Assembly: GCA_963662275.1 (NCBI GenBank)
Contig: OY759316.1
Location: 2,848,001-2,912,000 of the forward strand
DNA: 64,000 nucleotides
Reading direction: 5' to 3'
Source of the DNA: Candidatus Cloacimonadales bacterium
GTDB taxonomy: Bacteria; Cloacimonadota; Cloacimonadia; Cloacimonadales; DAONDQ01
Part shown: in pieces, positions 50,401 through 59,626 of the stretch
How the letters are laid out: each line of letters begins with the position of its first letter
Position numbering within the stretch: the stretch's first letter is position 1
Notes under the pieces: model-generated
The model's database searches: none
The model's input: the letters and a program-made list of their open reading frames with translations, nothing else
What the model was told of the DNA's origin: nothing
Position numbers and translations under genes: made by a program

Positions 50401-51847
50401 CACATATATTCCGCTTATTGATAAGTGCGAATTTTCCTCTACTCACGCAACTTCTTCTGCTGGGATATATCTTGATTTAGCCCAAGGTGGTTATCTTATG
50501 AATCTTGAAAATCGGGTGAGAGAAAATATCAGGAATTGCAAATTCACAGGTTTATACAAAGGAATTGAGAGCCGGGTTTCATCTGCAAGACTGAAAGAAA
50601 ACGAGTTTACTCTGAATACCATGGGTATTCTGATTCGGCAGAACTCATTTATTGATTGCAGTGATAACGCTAAAAATTCTTTTCGTAACACACAAGCTAA
50701 TTTTGCACTATATCCTATTAATTCTATTGTTGTAGATTCAGCATTTTATACTATTCAGCTAATAGCAGGGCATAATAATATTTATCATGACTTTCACTTA
50801 TGTAATGATTTTCTCTTTAATATTTCTGATCCGACACAGATAAATTCCGGTACTATTGATGCTTCCGGTAATTTTTGGGCAGAAACAATAGGCTCTCATA
50901 CTGATTACACTGCAAAGGTATACCCCAGAACCCCATTATTCGCTCATGTAGTTGATGTAGGTATTTGTGATACCCTTCCTAATGTTCCAGATCTACAAAA
51001 TGCTATGATCATGCCTCAGAACAGATATGAAGAAGCCCTTTCTTTGGAAGAGTTAGGAGATTTTACAGTTGCTTATATGCTTTACAGGCAGATATTGAGT
51101 GACCAGTTAATTGAAGAAAAGGACTTCTGGGGTTTCTGCGTACCAAGCATCTATCGAATTGCAAAAAGCTGTAATCTTGATATGAATGAATTAATAATGA
51201 ATTATGACATGGAACTTGCAGATACTTCAATGGTTGATCAACAACAACTGATGTACCTGATCAGGTCATATATTGTGAATGCCTATTTATCGGAAAATGA
51301 TTATCAGTCAGCAGCAGATCTCATCAGTGAAAGAATTAATAAGCCTATTTCTGAAATAGATTCCCTGAATGCTGTCTTGGACTTGGAAATTGTATATATG
51401 CTGCGTGATTTGGATGTTTCCAAAAAACCATTAACAACTATGTACTCCCGGTATCATTATCCTGATCTTCCGACATACAAAATCAAGCATGAGGATAACA
51501 GGTTAAAGCTGGAAGCCCTGATGAACAAATTACTGGAAAATGGAGAAGAAACGCCGTCCCCTATCCCGACGGCTGTATTTTTGAACAGGAATTATCCGAA
51601 CCCGTTCAATCCCACGACCACGATAGAATTTGGAGTACCTAAAGCAACGAAGGTATCGATCAGGATTTACAATATCCGTGGGCAGCTTGTGAAAGAGCTG
51701 GTGAATCAGAAATATGAACCGGGTAAATTCAAAGTCGTATGGGAAGGTAAAAATTCATTTGGCAAACCTGTAGCAACAGGTGTGTATTTCTATCGCCTGG
51801 AGGCAGGAGGTAAGTGCTTTACACATAAGATGCTGATGCTGAAATAG
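47405..51847 (+). CDS. Large secreted protein: uncharacterised N-terminal region, parallel beta-helix-like repeats, helical region, C-terminal sorting domain
   Basis: GTG start after AAGGAGG; signal peptide; repeated I..C.F / GI motifs; NYPNPFNPTT...KMLMLK. Confidence 0.8.
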   Translation: MKKLLIFLLVCLCLSISIYAQNTYDFIIGADAIVNGPYGLDVLPIIKDANYNCLEAVNFNHNDFPAIYNALMKNGFKANVNDRLDYDLNGGRGIEFLTSSNYFRFESEYSTVNTEVNLGDLNADTLFYRFQRDAGHVGLFDQNVSNKRSWVCDYNPVNDSTWKVISGDMYWRWYSPPDTHDFDCVSHICKFSKDWNGNNNDYIQQQYLNDDSLYISIALNWTSLPDTSSHYNDELIQIDFFGYNYRAPDVNDADADTLHNINFQGFHGKYSTTLKISDWRFGTQILNTDFRTFTYGISLAELDKPIQNSPVTLLGGRYALDYLVPIIKWNQNHTVSLDYIEYEDNIHRKMRDQNILDAWIAERLEDQYSSYPQTSILSYMGVNEAYYGNFDSCKRVNDYLIHSASPAAHPLVTNYIPGYNGLFERKKANGKSFSLTKVFNTKAKPSIQKFHYYPIRYNTSFNDTTSSTFIQKNLDTMLEKYQFAKETGLPFYPVVQTYGDWDINDQQWWGAMYPDSTSQKCLQYLPLCYGPSGILNYTVYKGDNKEPALINPDGSLAPNYNIIKAANKKIEVYGPYVKQNGAWYGSECIKTPLTSYPDFSIAGHPGQRLMDISLPFPDSTNNDIYDGYIQCGYYHTGQDNYYMLVNRRTSRVFNSAIPLTTAYTDYENTYAPYGPQTVRFSLLQNARNLYGSNPGLYDPYSHDLRMLTNDYIDITLQPGDASLWQLVSVLPPSINTNYTATRDVCMQGDLHINDGVSVTIPAGKTLNILESGRIYVTDCSSLNIEGNLTANAFSKIYVSQGSSLHISNATCNMGDSTLIKISDGNLVMSHSTFQTKNGTIWYGFNCLRSTITVADCDAYNAKTAIELNATSFNMVNSKLYVPAYGTGICITARNSTDAVNLIGFEDNTNLIKCIATPNTHSTGISMKSRENPLSCNWSIFENLATGIDYSLSVDKADSVSNCTFNGCNTGICVTGSEGLEKIRECKFTIQISQKGIDTSTYIPLIDKCEFSSTHATSSAGIYLDLAQGGYLMNLENRVRENIRNCKFTGLYKGIESRVSSARLKENEFTLNTMGILIRQNSFIDCSDNAKNSFRNTQANFALYPINSIVVDSAFYTIQLIAGHNNIYHDFHLCNDFLFNISDPTQINSGTIDASGNFWAETIGSHTDYTAKVYPRTPLFAHVVDVGICDTLPNVPDLQNAMIMPQNRYEEALSLEELGDFTVAYMLYRQILSDQLIEEKDFWGFCVPSIYRIAKSCNLDMNELIMNYDMELADTSMVDQQQLMYLIRSYIVNAYLSENDYQSAADLISERINKPISEIDSLNAVLDLEIVYMLRDLDVSKKPLTTMYSRYHYPDLPTYKIKHEDNRLKLEALMNKLLENGEETPSPIPTAVFLNRNYPNPFNPTTTIEFGVPKATKVSIRIYNIRGQLVKELVNQKYEPGKFKVVWEGKNSFGKPVATGVYFYRLEAGGKCFTHKMLMLK

Positions 51848-51879
51848 CAGGGCAGAAGAGACTAAAAGTTGGAAATAAA

Positions 51880-51908
51880 AACGGGTTACTCATTGTGGGT
51901 AGCCCGTT
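51880..51908. terminator. Terminator-like hairpin
   Basis: AACGGGTTACTCA/TGGGTAGCCCGTT stem after the stop at 51847. Confidence 0.65.
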
Positions 51909-52149
51909 ATAGTATCTTCAACAGATTATCATGGAATGTAACTACAACCCATAAAATGATTTAACTTAGAGTGTTAGAGCACCACCTGAATACTAACCAC
52001 CACAGAGGAATGATATAGAGGGGGATAAATAAATTCTTGACTTCAATTGGCAAGCCTCGTGTTTACTACTATTAAGCAATCCAGGTGATATTGGATGAAT
52101 ATGAAAGGCAGGATAAACAGAATTTGAGAGACTCGATTCCTAATCGGAT

Positions 52150-55100
52150 ATGAAGAAAAAACACTTCTTTCTCATGTGCTTTGTGATACTGATGGCAGGT
52201 TTGAATGGCTATACTTTTTATTCACCGACCATCAGGGCAGAATATTTGCGTGTTTTGGATGAACAAACTACTTGGAATTTACAAAATCAACCCATTATTA
52301 TTCAATCCGAGAAAGTGGTTCAGGATTCAGCGATATTACAGAAAGATATTGATTACTCGATTAACTACCAAACCGGACTACTGAAACTGAAAAAAGTACT
52401 ACCTGTGAATACACTGCTTGAAGTTCAGTACCAAATCTATCCTCCTTTCCTGTTGCAGAAATTCTATACGTACCAGGTTTTGAATTATTCAGATTCTTTG
52501 AAAATAAAAGAAATCAAGAGCAGGAATCCATTTCAGTCATCCGGTGAAAAAATCAATCTAACCGGTTCAAAGACGATATCTATCTCAATTGCCAATAACG
52601 AGGATTTTGACTTAAAACAATCCTTATTTTTGAAACTGGATGGAGAGCTTAGTGCCGATATGAAGATAGAAGCTCAATTATCAGATAGTCAATCCCCGAT
52701 AACACCGGAAGGTGATTCTCGTGAATTGAGCAGTCTTGACCAAGTGTTTATCCGACTTTATGGAAAGCATTATGAGTTTGCCTTTGGTGATTTGGAAATG
52801 AATTTCACAAATACGCGGATGATTAATTATAATCCAAAGTTTGAAGGTCTGAAGGTTAGTTATTTTGCCAAAAACAGCTTCGCCAGTGCATATGCTTTAT
52901 CCAAGGGAAAAAAGGCAGATATGAGTTTCCTGGGAGTGGAAGGAAAGCAAGGACCATATTACCTGACAGTTTCCAATAGTCCTCAGGGTGTTTTAATAGT
53001 TCCCGGGAGTGAAGAGGTATTCTTAGATGGAATCCAGGTACAGCGAGGTTCAGAATATACAATCGATTACAGTGAAGGAACGATAACCTTTAAATCGCTG
53101 ATTACTTCAAATACAAAAGTACTCGTGCATTTTCAATATTCAGATGCATTCTACAGACAGAATCTGTTTCTGAACTCTTCCGCCTGGAAAATTACAGATC
53201 ATTTACTAGTTACGGATCATCTGATTATGCAGACCGATGACAGGAAAAATCCAATAGAACAGAACCTGACTCCTGATGATATTCGTATCCTGAAAGAAGC
53301 AGGAGATAATCAGGCACATGGGAAAGGCATCTTCCAAGTCAATCCGGGAGAGGGATTATATGTAACAGTAAATCATGATTCAACAGATTCCTTAACTTTG
53401 GATACTGAAATTATCTATCAATATGTTGGTCCTAATAAAAATGGAGATTACCTGCTCTATTTCAGTTATGTTGGTGTCGGAAATGGAGATTATCAGCAGG
53501 TTGCACCTTCACAATATGAATGGGTGGGGCATAACAACGGTGAATGGATGCCCTGGAAGAACTTGCCATCTCCGCAATCCCAAGCTAATTATGATCTTCA
53601 ATTTGTCTATGACAGGGATACTTGGAAATTCGACATGGAAGGTTTATTCACTAATTATGATCAAAATACTTTTTCTTCTCAAGATGATGGTGATAATACC
53701 GGATTTGTGGGGCATTTCAATTTCCTTCTTAAACCTGATTATGATAAAGTGAATCCAGAGCTTGAAGCCTACTACCGTAAGAAAACAAGTAATGTGAAAG
53801 CATTCGGTGTTTTAACAGATGCCCAGGATGATTATGATCTTGTACAAGTACCGACTGCTGATTCTCTTGCCAGTGATGAATATGGAACTAAATTCCAATT
53901 GAATTTTCCTAATCTTTTTACTCCAATGTTTCGATATCGTTATCAATCAGTCAAAAATACATACACCCAGAATTACGGTTCATTCACCGGGAGCTTGAAG
54001 CAGAAATGGCTATTGCCAGAAACTTATTATCGTATCGTATATACGAAACAGGATTTTCAGGATAATACATTGTTACAATCAATTATCAATCGACAGGATT
54101 TCCGGGAAAGCCATCAAGTGAGTATCTTCCATTTTGGCTCACAATTCCAGAGATACATTTACGAGAATCACTATTTATACAATTCTAAGAATGGAACTCT
54201 TTTTTCCCAGGATGGCTACTTTGTCGGTTTAAATAAACAGAAGCTTTATTCAGCACAAGTCACTTATGGCAATGATAAAAACTCTGTTGAAAACGGAACA
54301 TCAAACCATTGGGTCAAACAGAAGCAGTCCAATACTGTAACAGTCAACCAGGTACTGAATACAAGCAATCATACTTTACGGCTTGATTATACGCATCGTC
54401 GTTCTCAGACAACCCTGGAAGAAGAAGAGGATCAGAAGTATGATCTAGTTGAATTACACAGTACTCATAATCTGGTAAAACACGCAATTACCGGTACAAC
54501 AAGTTACCAAGTGAATAACCTCGAGTTTTATCCAAAGGTCAGGAAGCTGGTATACATTGGTAATGATCTTGGTTCCTATGATAGTACAGGTGTTTTTGTT
54601 TCAAATGGTGATTACAACTATGACATGGTGAATGTGGGGAAAGCAGAACTCTCCACTGAAGTGAATACTGAGGCAACTGTTAATATCACTCCTATTGAGA
54701 TACCCGGGATTCAGAAGAATAGCTTTTTTGCCAAAATGCAATCAGAAACATATACGCAGATAAACGAGAATTCACGTTCTGCAACCAAGGTTCCGATTTA
54801 CCTTATGAATCCTGAATACCTGATGAACCAGAAGTATACGATCTATGGAAAGCAGATATTTCGGCAAACCTTATGGTATAATCTGATACCAAAAACAAGT
54901 TTGACTAAATTGAAATATCAAAGGGAACGAAGCCTGGATAATCGTTATAATGAGAATAGTTGGAATAGTAAGGTTTTCTGGGAAAGCATGCTCCGTTATA
55001 ATCATTTAATCGGGGCTGACTGGGAACTTACAGGCGAATGGAATCACGAGCTGGATTCAAGATACAAATCAGATATCAGGATTCAGCGTATGGGACTTGA

Positions 55101-55473
55101 TATCCGACAAAGGAAATCCAATCAATTGATCTTGGAAACGGACTTCACTTTTAGTGAAGAAAATGGACAAGGAGTCGGACTTACAACGAATTATCATCTT
55201 ACAGGTATCGGAGCTTCAGAGTCTGTAACGCTATTCTGGAAGCAGAATTACCGCATCTTCAGTAAAATTGATATACGCCATAATCAACGTTCAGGCTCCA
55301 GTTATCTTGGTTTCCTTCCTGAAAAAAAAGCAGGTATGATCATATTATGGAATCTTTCAATCAATTATAAAATGAATAGCTATACAACAGCAGCCTTGGA
55401 TTATGCTGGTAATCAATATCCTAATCAACAGGTCATTCATAAGGCAACGATGGAGCTGAGAGCAGAGTTCTAG
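52150..55473 (+). CDS. Large predicted outer-membrane beta-barrel protein of unknown function
   Basis: Signal peptide; DYSINYQTG and EYTIDYSEG repeats; GVEGKQGPY; amphipathic strands; terminal Phe (ELRAEF). Confidence 0.75.
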   Translation: MKKKHFFLMCFVILMAGLNGYTFYSPTIRAEYLRVLDEQTTWNLQNQPIIIQSEKVVQDSAILQKDIDYSINYQTGLLKLKKVLPVNTLLEVQYQIYPPFLLQKFYTYQVLNYSDSLKIKEIKSRNPFQSSGEKINLTGSKTISISIANNEDFDLKQSLFLKLDGELSADMKIEAQLSDSQSPITPEGDSRELSSLDQVFIRLYGKHYEFAFGDLEMNFTNTRMINYNPKFEGLKVSYFAKNSFASAYALSKGKKADMSFLGVEGKQGPYYLTVSNSPQGVLIVPGSEEVFLDGIQVQRGSEYTIDYSEGTITFKSLITSNTKVLVHFQYSDAFYRQNLFLNSSAWKITDHLLVTDHLIMQTDDRKNPIEQNLTPDDIRILKEAGDNQAHGKGIFQVNPGEGLYVTVNHDSTDSLTLDTEIIYQYVGPNKNGDYLLYFSYVGVGNGDYQQVAPSQYEWVGHNNGEWMPWKNLPSPQSQANYDLQFVYDRDTWKFDMEGLFTNYDQNTFSSQDDGDNTGFVGHFNFLLKPDYDKVNPELEAYYRKKTSNVKAFGVLTDAQDDYDLVQVPTADSLASDEYGTKFQLNFPNLFTPMFRYRYQSVKNTYTQNYGSFTGSLKQKWLLPETYYRIVYTKQDFQDNTLLQSIINRQDFRESHQVSIFHFGSQFQRYIYENHYLYNSKNGTLFSQDGYFVGLNKQKLYSAQVTYGNDKNSVENGTSNHWVKQKQSNTVTVNQVLNTSNHTLRLDYTHRRSQTTLEEEEDQKYDLVELHSTHNLVKHAITGTTSYQVNNLEFYPKVRKLVYIGNDLGSYDSTGVFVSNGDYNYDMVNVGKAELSTEVNTEATVNITPIEIPGIQKNSFFAKMQSETYTQINENSRSATKVPIYLMNPEYLMNQKYTIYGKQIFRQTLWYNLIPKTSLTKLKYQRERSLDNRYNENSWNSKVFWESMLRYNHLIGADWELTGEWNHELDSRYKSDIRIQRMGLDIRQRKSNQLILETDFTFSEENGQGVGLTTNYHLTGIGASESVTLFWKQNYRIFSKIDIRHNQRSGSSYLGFLPEKKAGMIILWNLSINYKMNSYTTAALDYAGNQYPNQQVIHKATMELRAEF

Positions 55474-55511
55474 GAAGTACGAAGTTCGAATTACGAAGTA
55501 CGAAGTTGCAG
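55474..55511 (+). repeat. 7-mer (CGAAGTA-type) array ending in TGCAGA, at the junction of two convergent genes
   Basis: gaagtac gaagttc gaattac gaagtac gaagttgcaga; same unit type as 15447-15486; overlaps the stop of 55491..56420. Confidence 0.8.
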
Positions 55512-56420
55512 AGCATGCAGATTGCGTAGGATATGACCATGCAATTCTGGAAAACCAAATTGTTCAAAACGTACTTTCAGAGAATCAGGCAATTCGTTGA
55601 ACTCGTTAGTGTTTAAAAGAATCTCAGTTTCAGTTTCATCGAAACCTGGTAAAGATTCAGTATCATTCACAAATTGACTGTTAGCAGGACAGATATCCTG
55701 GCATTTAATGCAACCCAGCCAGCAGTTATGCCATTCTGGTTTAATCCAATCAGGAAAGACACCAGGATTGCGATTAAAATATGTAAGACATTTCTCTCCA
55801 TGGATGAGAATCCTGTCATCACTGATTGCTTCAGTAGGGCAGTTTGCAATGCACGACCTGCAGTTCGTGCATTCTTGCATCAGTTCCGCTTCCTGCCAGT
55901 AATCCTGTTCATAAGGCAGGTCTGTGATAAAAGAACCCAGGAAATGATGACTTCCGAAGCCTTCTACATAAGATATATTATTTCTGCCATACTTCGCAAG
56001 TCCTGTTCTTGCAGCTAACAACTTAACAGAAACGATAATTCGTTCGCATTTGTATCCCAACGGAGCTAGGGTTTCCCCAATAGTTCTTTGCAAATTGACC
56101 TGCTTACTGCGGAACTTCACATATCCGGGGGGAAGCAATACTTCATGATTCTTTCCTCTATATCGAAAATTCACTCTATGGCAGGGATTATACTGAGAAG
56201 CAACGATGACTGATTTCATCTCAGGGAACTTGTCCAGTAATTGAAAATTATATGCATAAGCTACATATTCAGCAAAATCACTGTCTGAAATATCTTTTTC
56301 AAGAGTATTGTTTATTTGGTCAGCCAATTCCTGTAATCGTGTAATTTGTACGATTCGATATAGAATACCATGTTTATTCATTTCTGATGCGAATTGCTCT
56401 TGCTTTTCCTTAATTATCAT
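55491..56420 (-). CDS. Epoxyqueuosine reductase (QueG)-like 4Fe-4S double-cluster protein
   Basis: KLLAARTGLAKYGRN, CTNCRSCIANCP, KCLTY, GCIKCQDICP.N. Confidence 0.8.
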   Translation of the reverse strand: MIIKEKQEQFASEMNKHGILYRIVQITRLQELADQINNTLEKDISDSDFAEYVAYAYNFQLLDKFPEMKSVIVASQYNPCHRVNFRYRGKNHEVLLPPGYVKFRSKQVNLQRTIGETLAPLGYKCERIIVSVKLLAARTGLAKYGRNNISYVEGFGSHHFLGSFITDLPYEQDYWQEAELMQECTNCRSCIANCPTEAISDDRILIHGEKCLTYFNRNPGVFPDWIKPEWHNCWLGCIKCQDICPANSQFVNDTESLPGFDETETEILLNTNEFNELPDSLKVRFEQFGFPELHGHILRNLHALQLRTS

Positions 56421-56459
56421 TTGAATTATTCCTTTTGTAATTAGATAATAGCTACCATG

Positions 56460-57356
56460 TTATCCATTTGGCAACTTGGCATGTTTTTCCGTGATTTTGA
56501 ATCTTTCTTTAAACAAGATATATCCATCCTCGAAAGTGCAGGGAAAACCAATGAAGGAATCCATCATTAAACCTATGGGGCATCTTTTGAAATAGAGCAT
56601 TGCTCTTTGCAGCAGATGCTCATCTTTTTCACCGTTATACAGATCGAAAACACGATTGGTGAAATCAGTTCCATAGCATAATAAGCTGGCAAAATCTATT
56701 GCCGGGTCTCCGTATGAACAATCTGAAAAATCTATGATATTAATTTGTTTCTGCTTAGAATCCCACAGTATATGCTCATCTGTCAGGTCATTGTGAACAA
56801 GTGATTTAGAATAGATATAATCAAGAGAGCCTTTTAGTTCAGTAAAATATTCTTCGATTAACTGTATATCTTCTTTTGCTAACTTGGGTAGAAGTATCTT
56901 TCGGATATCTCGAAGAAATGCATCATAATGTTTCTTTGGATCACCAATTTCTATCTTGCACCTGTTTATTATTTCTCGTGGAGTCGCATGAAGAGTGTTT
57001 ATAAATTCAGCAATTTGTTTAGCTACCGATTCTTTATCCGTGATAGTTAATCTCTTGAATAGGGAAACATTAAGCTCCTTGCCTTTTAAAATATCATAGC
57101 CGGCGAGAGAATGATCTTTTGAGAAAAATCTATATTCAGGAATACTGACCTTGAGTTTGGGTTTCAGATAATTCAGTAATTCAATTTCACTTGTGAAGTA
57201 ATTTTGATAATGCACATCCTTTGAAGCACGGATGACTATCTTTTCATCAAGAATAATAACGTCATGATCCCAACCATTAGTTAGATATTGATAACTTTTC
57301 CACTCGATTTCAGGAAATTCGTCTCTGATTCGTTGTAAGTAGAAATCAATTTTCAT
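56460..57356 (-). CDS. Aminoglycoside phosphotransferase (APH/kinase-like) family protein
   Basis: GWD, LVHNDL..EHIL, IIDFSD..YGDPA.D. Confidence 0.85.
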   Translation of the reverse strand: MKIDFYLQRIRDEFPEIEWKSYQYLTNGWDHDVIILDEKIVIRASKDVHYQNYFTSEIELLNYLKPKLKVSIPEYRFFSKDHSLAGYDILKGKELNVSLFKRLTITDKESVAKQIAEFINTLHATPREIINRCKIEIGDPKKHYDAFLRDIRKILLPKLAKEDIQLIEEYFTELKGSLDYIYSKSLVHNDLTDEHILWDSKQKQINIIDFSDCSYGDPAIDFASLLCYGTDFTNRVFDLYNGEKDEHLLQRAMLYFKRCPIGLMMDSFIGFPCTFEDGYILFKERFKITEKHAKLPNG

Positions 57357-59080
57357 AAAATACTACCATCTAAAGCTTTTTTTCCTTCAGCGAGTACAAA
57401 ATACATCTTCATTTTCCCCTTGCCTTTGATCTCAGATTCAGAACGTTCTTCACAAATGAAATCATCCTTGATTAGCTGGTACACATCTTCGCTGATGTTG
57501 ATATAATTCACTTCTGAATTTGATTCCATTCGACTGGCAGTATTGATAGTATCACCAAATACATCGTAGATATACTTCTTGATACCGACAATTCCTCCAA
57601 CCACAAAGCCAGTATGCATGCCGATGCGGATATTCCATTTTCGCTCATTGTTTGAATTTCTTTCCTCAAGGTATGACAATATTCCTATGGCAACTTTGGT
57701 CATTCTGATAGCATGGTCAGGTTGTGTGATAGGTAAACCGCAAACGGCAAGATATGCATCTCCAATTGTCTTAATACGTTCACAGCCAAATTCTTCCACA
57801 AGGTTATCGAAAGCTGTAAATATCTCTGAAAGATCTGCTATCAACTCTGCGGGGTCAATCGTGGAAGACATATTTGTAAAGTTCGCAAAGTCGGAAAACA
57901 ATACAGTTACATTCTTGAAAGTCTGAGGCGTAGCTTTACCAAATCTTTTCAGTTCCCTGGCAACTTGGCGAGGAAGGATGTTGAGTAAGAGCTTCTCTGA
58001 TTTGCGTTTTTCCTTCACAATAAAGAAAGTTGCTATCAAACCTAACAGGATAAAGGCAACCAATCCTGCTAGCTGCATTCTTTGCTTCTGAAGATTCAAT
58101 CTGAGTATGCGATTTTCCAATTCTTGCTTCTCAACGGCAAATTGCGTTTGCAGGTTAGCAATATTACGGTTGGTTTCTTCATTGGAAAGGCTATCTCTTA
58201 CGTCTGTATAAAGCTTATAAAACTGAAGCGATTTTAAAGTATTACCCTGCTGCTTATAAATCAGATAACGGTTAAAATAGATATCCCTGGCAACACTAGG
58301 TGCACCAACTTTACGAGAAAGCGTATAAGCTTCATTATAATAATCCAGGGCTGTTGGAATGTTCTGCTTCAATTGGTACAAATATCCTACAATAAGAAGG
58401 TTGACTGCCACTCGCATATCATCATTGTTTGAACGATACAATGCCAATGACTGAAGATTATAGACCAGTGAAGAATCGATTTCTGATTGCATGAGGAAAT
58501 AATTTCCAATATTGTTGAGAGAGTGTGCCTCACCTTCAGTATATTTTACTGTTCTGCACAAAGTAAGAGCTTGTTGATAATAATTATATGCCTTAACAGG
58601 ATTTTTCAGATAATGCAAAGTGAAAATACCTATGTTATTCAACGCATCTGCCAGAGCTTTCTTATCACCCGATTGCCGTCTCAGTTGAAGTGATTGGGTA
58701 AAGTATTCTTTTACTTTATCACCGCTTTGCAGCCTTAAGTAAATATAGCCCATCTGTTCTAAAGCATCTGCCTTACCCTTATTATCATGCGTTGCTTCAA
58801 ATCCCTGTAGTGCCTGGTGACATCGTTCCAGAGCCTTATCATTGGCACCGGCTTTAAAATATCCCTTTGAAAGATAAAGCTGTGCCTTTGCTACTGCATT
58901 GGTATTGTTCTCTTGCTGTGCCAAGAGCAGTGCTTTCCCGGCATAATCCATAGCTTTATCAACAGATTGCTTCAGATTTTGATCTGCCAAAGTTAACAAT
59001 CCGCTGATTTCAGAAGATTTGTCAGCAGTTAAAAACAGACAACGACATAGTAATAGACAGATAAGCAAGTATTTATTCAT
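57353..59080 (-). CDS. Membrane-bound class III adenylate/guanylate cyclase with an extracytoplasmic TPR sensor
   Basis: Signal peptide, TPR repeats, one TM helix, LLLNILP, VLFSDF, IKTIGDAY, RIGMHTG, YDVFGDTINTASRMES, IKGKG. Confidence 0.92.
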   Translation of the reverse strand: MNKYLLICLLLCRCLFLTADKSSEISGLLTLADQNLKQSVDKAMDYAGKALLLAQQENNTNAVAKAQLYLSKGYFKAGANDKALERCHQALQGFEATHDNKGKADALEQMGYIYLRLQSGDKVKEYFTQSLQLRRQSGDKKALADALNNIGIFTLHYLKNPVKAYNYYQQALTLCRTVKYTEGEAHSLNNIGNYFLMQSEIDSSLVYNLQSLALYRSNNDDMRVAVNLLIVGYLYQLKQNIPTALDYYNEAYTLSRKVGAPSVARDIYFNRYLIYKQQGNTLKSLQFYKLYTDVRDSLSNEETNRNIANLQTQFAVEKQELENRILRLNLQKQRMQLAGLVAFILLGLIATFFIVKEKRKSEKLLLNILPRQVARELKRFGKATPQTFKNVTVLFSDFANFTNMSSTIDPAELIADLSEIFTAFDNLVEEFGCERIKTIGDAYLAVCGLPITQPDHAIRMTKVAIGILSYLEERNSNNERKWNIRIGMHTGFVVGGIVGIKKYIYDVFGDTINTASRMESNSEVNYINISEDVYQLIKDDFICEERSESEIKGKGKMKMYFVLAEGKKALDGSIL

Positions 59081-59289
59081 GAAATAAAACTATTAATTTT
59101 CAAGCTTCTCGTCAACAAAATAAACAGGGAACAGAATAAAAAGCTTATAGCTAGGCACGAAAATCTCTTCTCTAAGGGAGGAGTGGCAGTATATCAAAGA
59201 CATAATAACTTCCTTAAACTGCAAGAAATGTATCTACAGCGTATAGAATAAAAAAACGAAATAATAAAAGAGATTTGCACTTTCAAAGG

Positions 59290-59333
59290 ATGCTGTATGG
59301 ATACTTTATCGATGCTTTATGCATGCTGTATGA
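59290..59333 (+). repeat. 4 x 11-mer tandem array inside an imperfect hairpin
   Basis: atgctgtatgg atactttatcg atgctttatgc atgctgtatga, flanked by aaaagagatttgcac and gtgcaa...gtctctttt. Confidence 0.75.
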
Positions 59334-59626
59334 ATCCAAAATATTACATGTGCAAGTTAAGTCTCTTTTCAAGATTCTACCGTGAATGATCTGCCCCCGT
59401 AGAGCCAGTTAAAACTATATTCTAGCACTGAACAAATCTGTGGATGAGTGAAAGTCCAAACAGTTCTAACAATACTGTGAAAACAATTTGTATGCAATCA
59501 CAAAAAATATATTTTTAATTCTTGACTTAAAATAATAACATAGGTAAATACTGAATCATATTCATTTATTAAATCCTATGTGGGTTTTATACAATTATGA
59601 CTACAATAACTACCGGGAGGTGTTGT

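Noticed and set aside
59372..59470. tRNA 3'-end relic, 6S-like RNA or riboswitch around tctgcccccgtagagccagttaaaact
   Set aside because: Only superficial resemblance; no cloverleaf, T-loop or long closing stem found by eye. An Rfam search would be needed.
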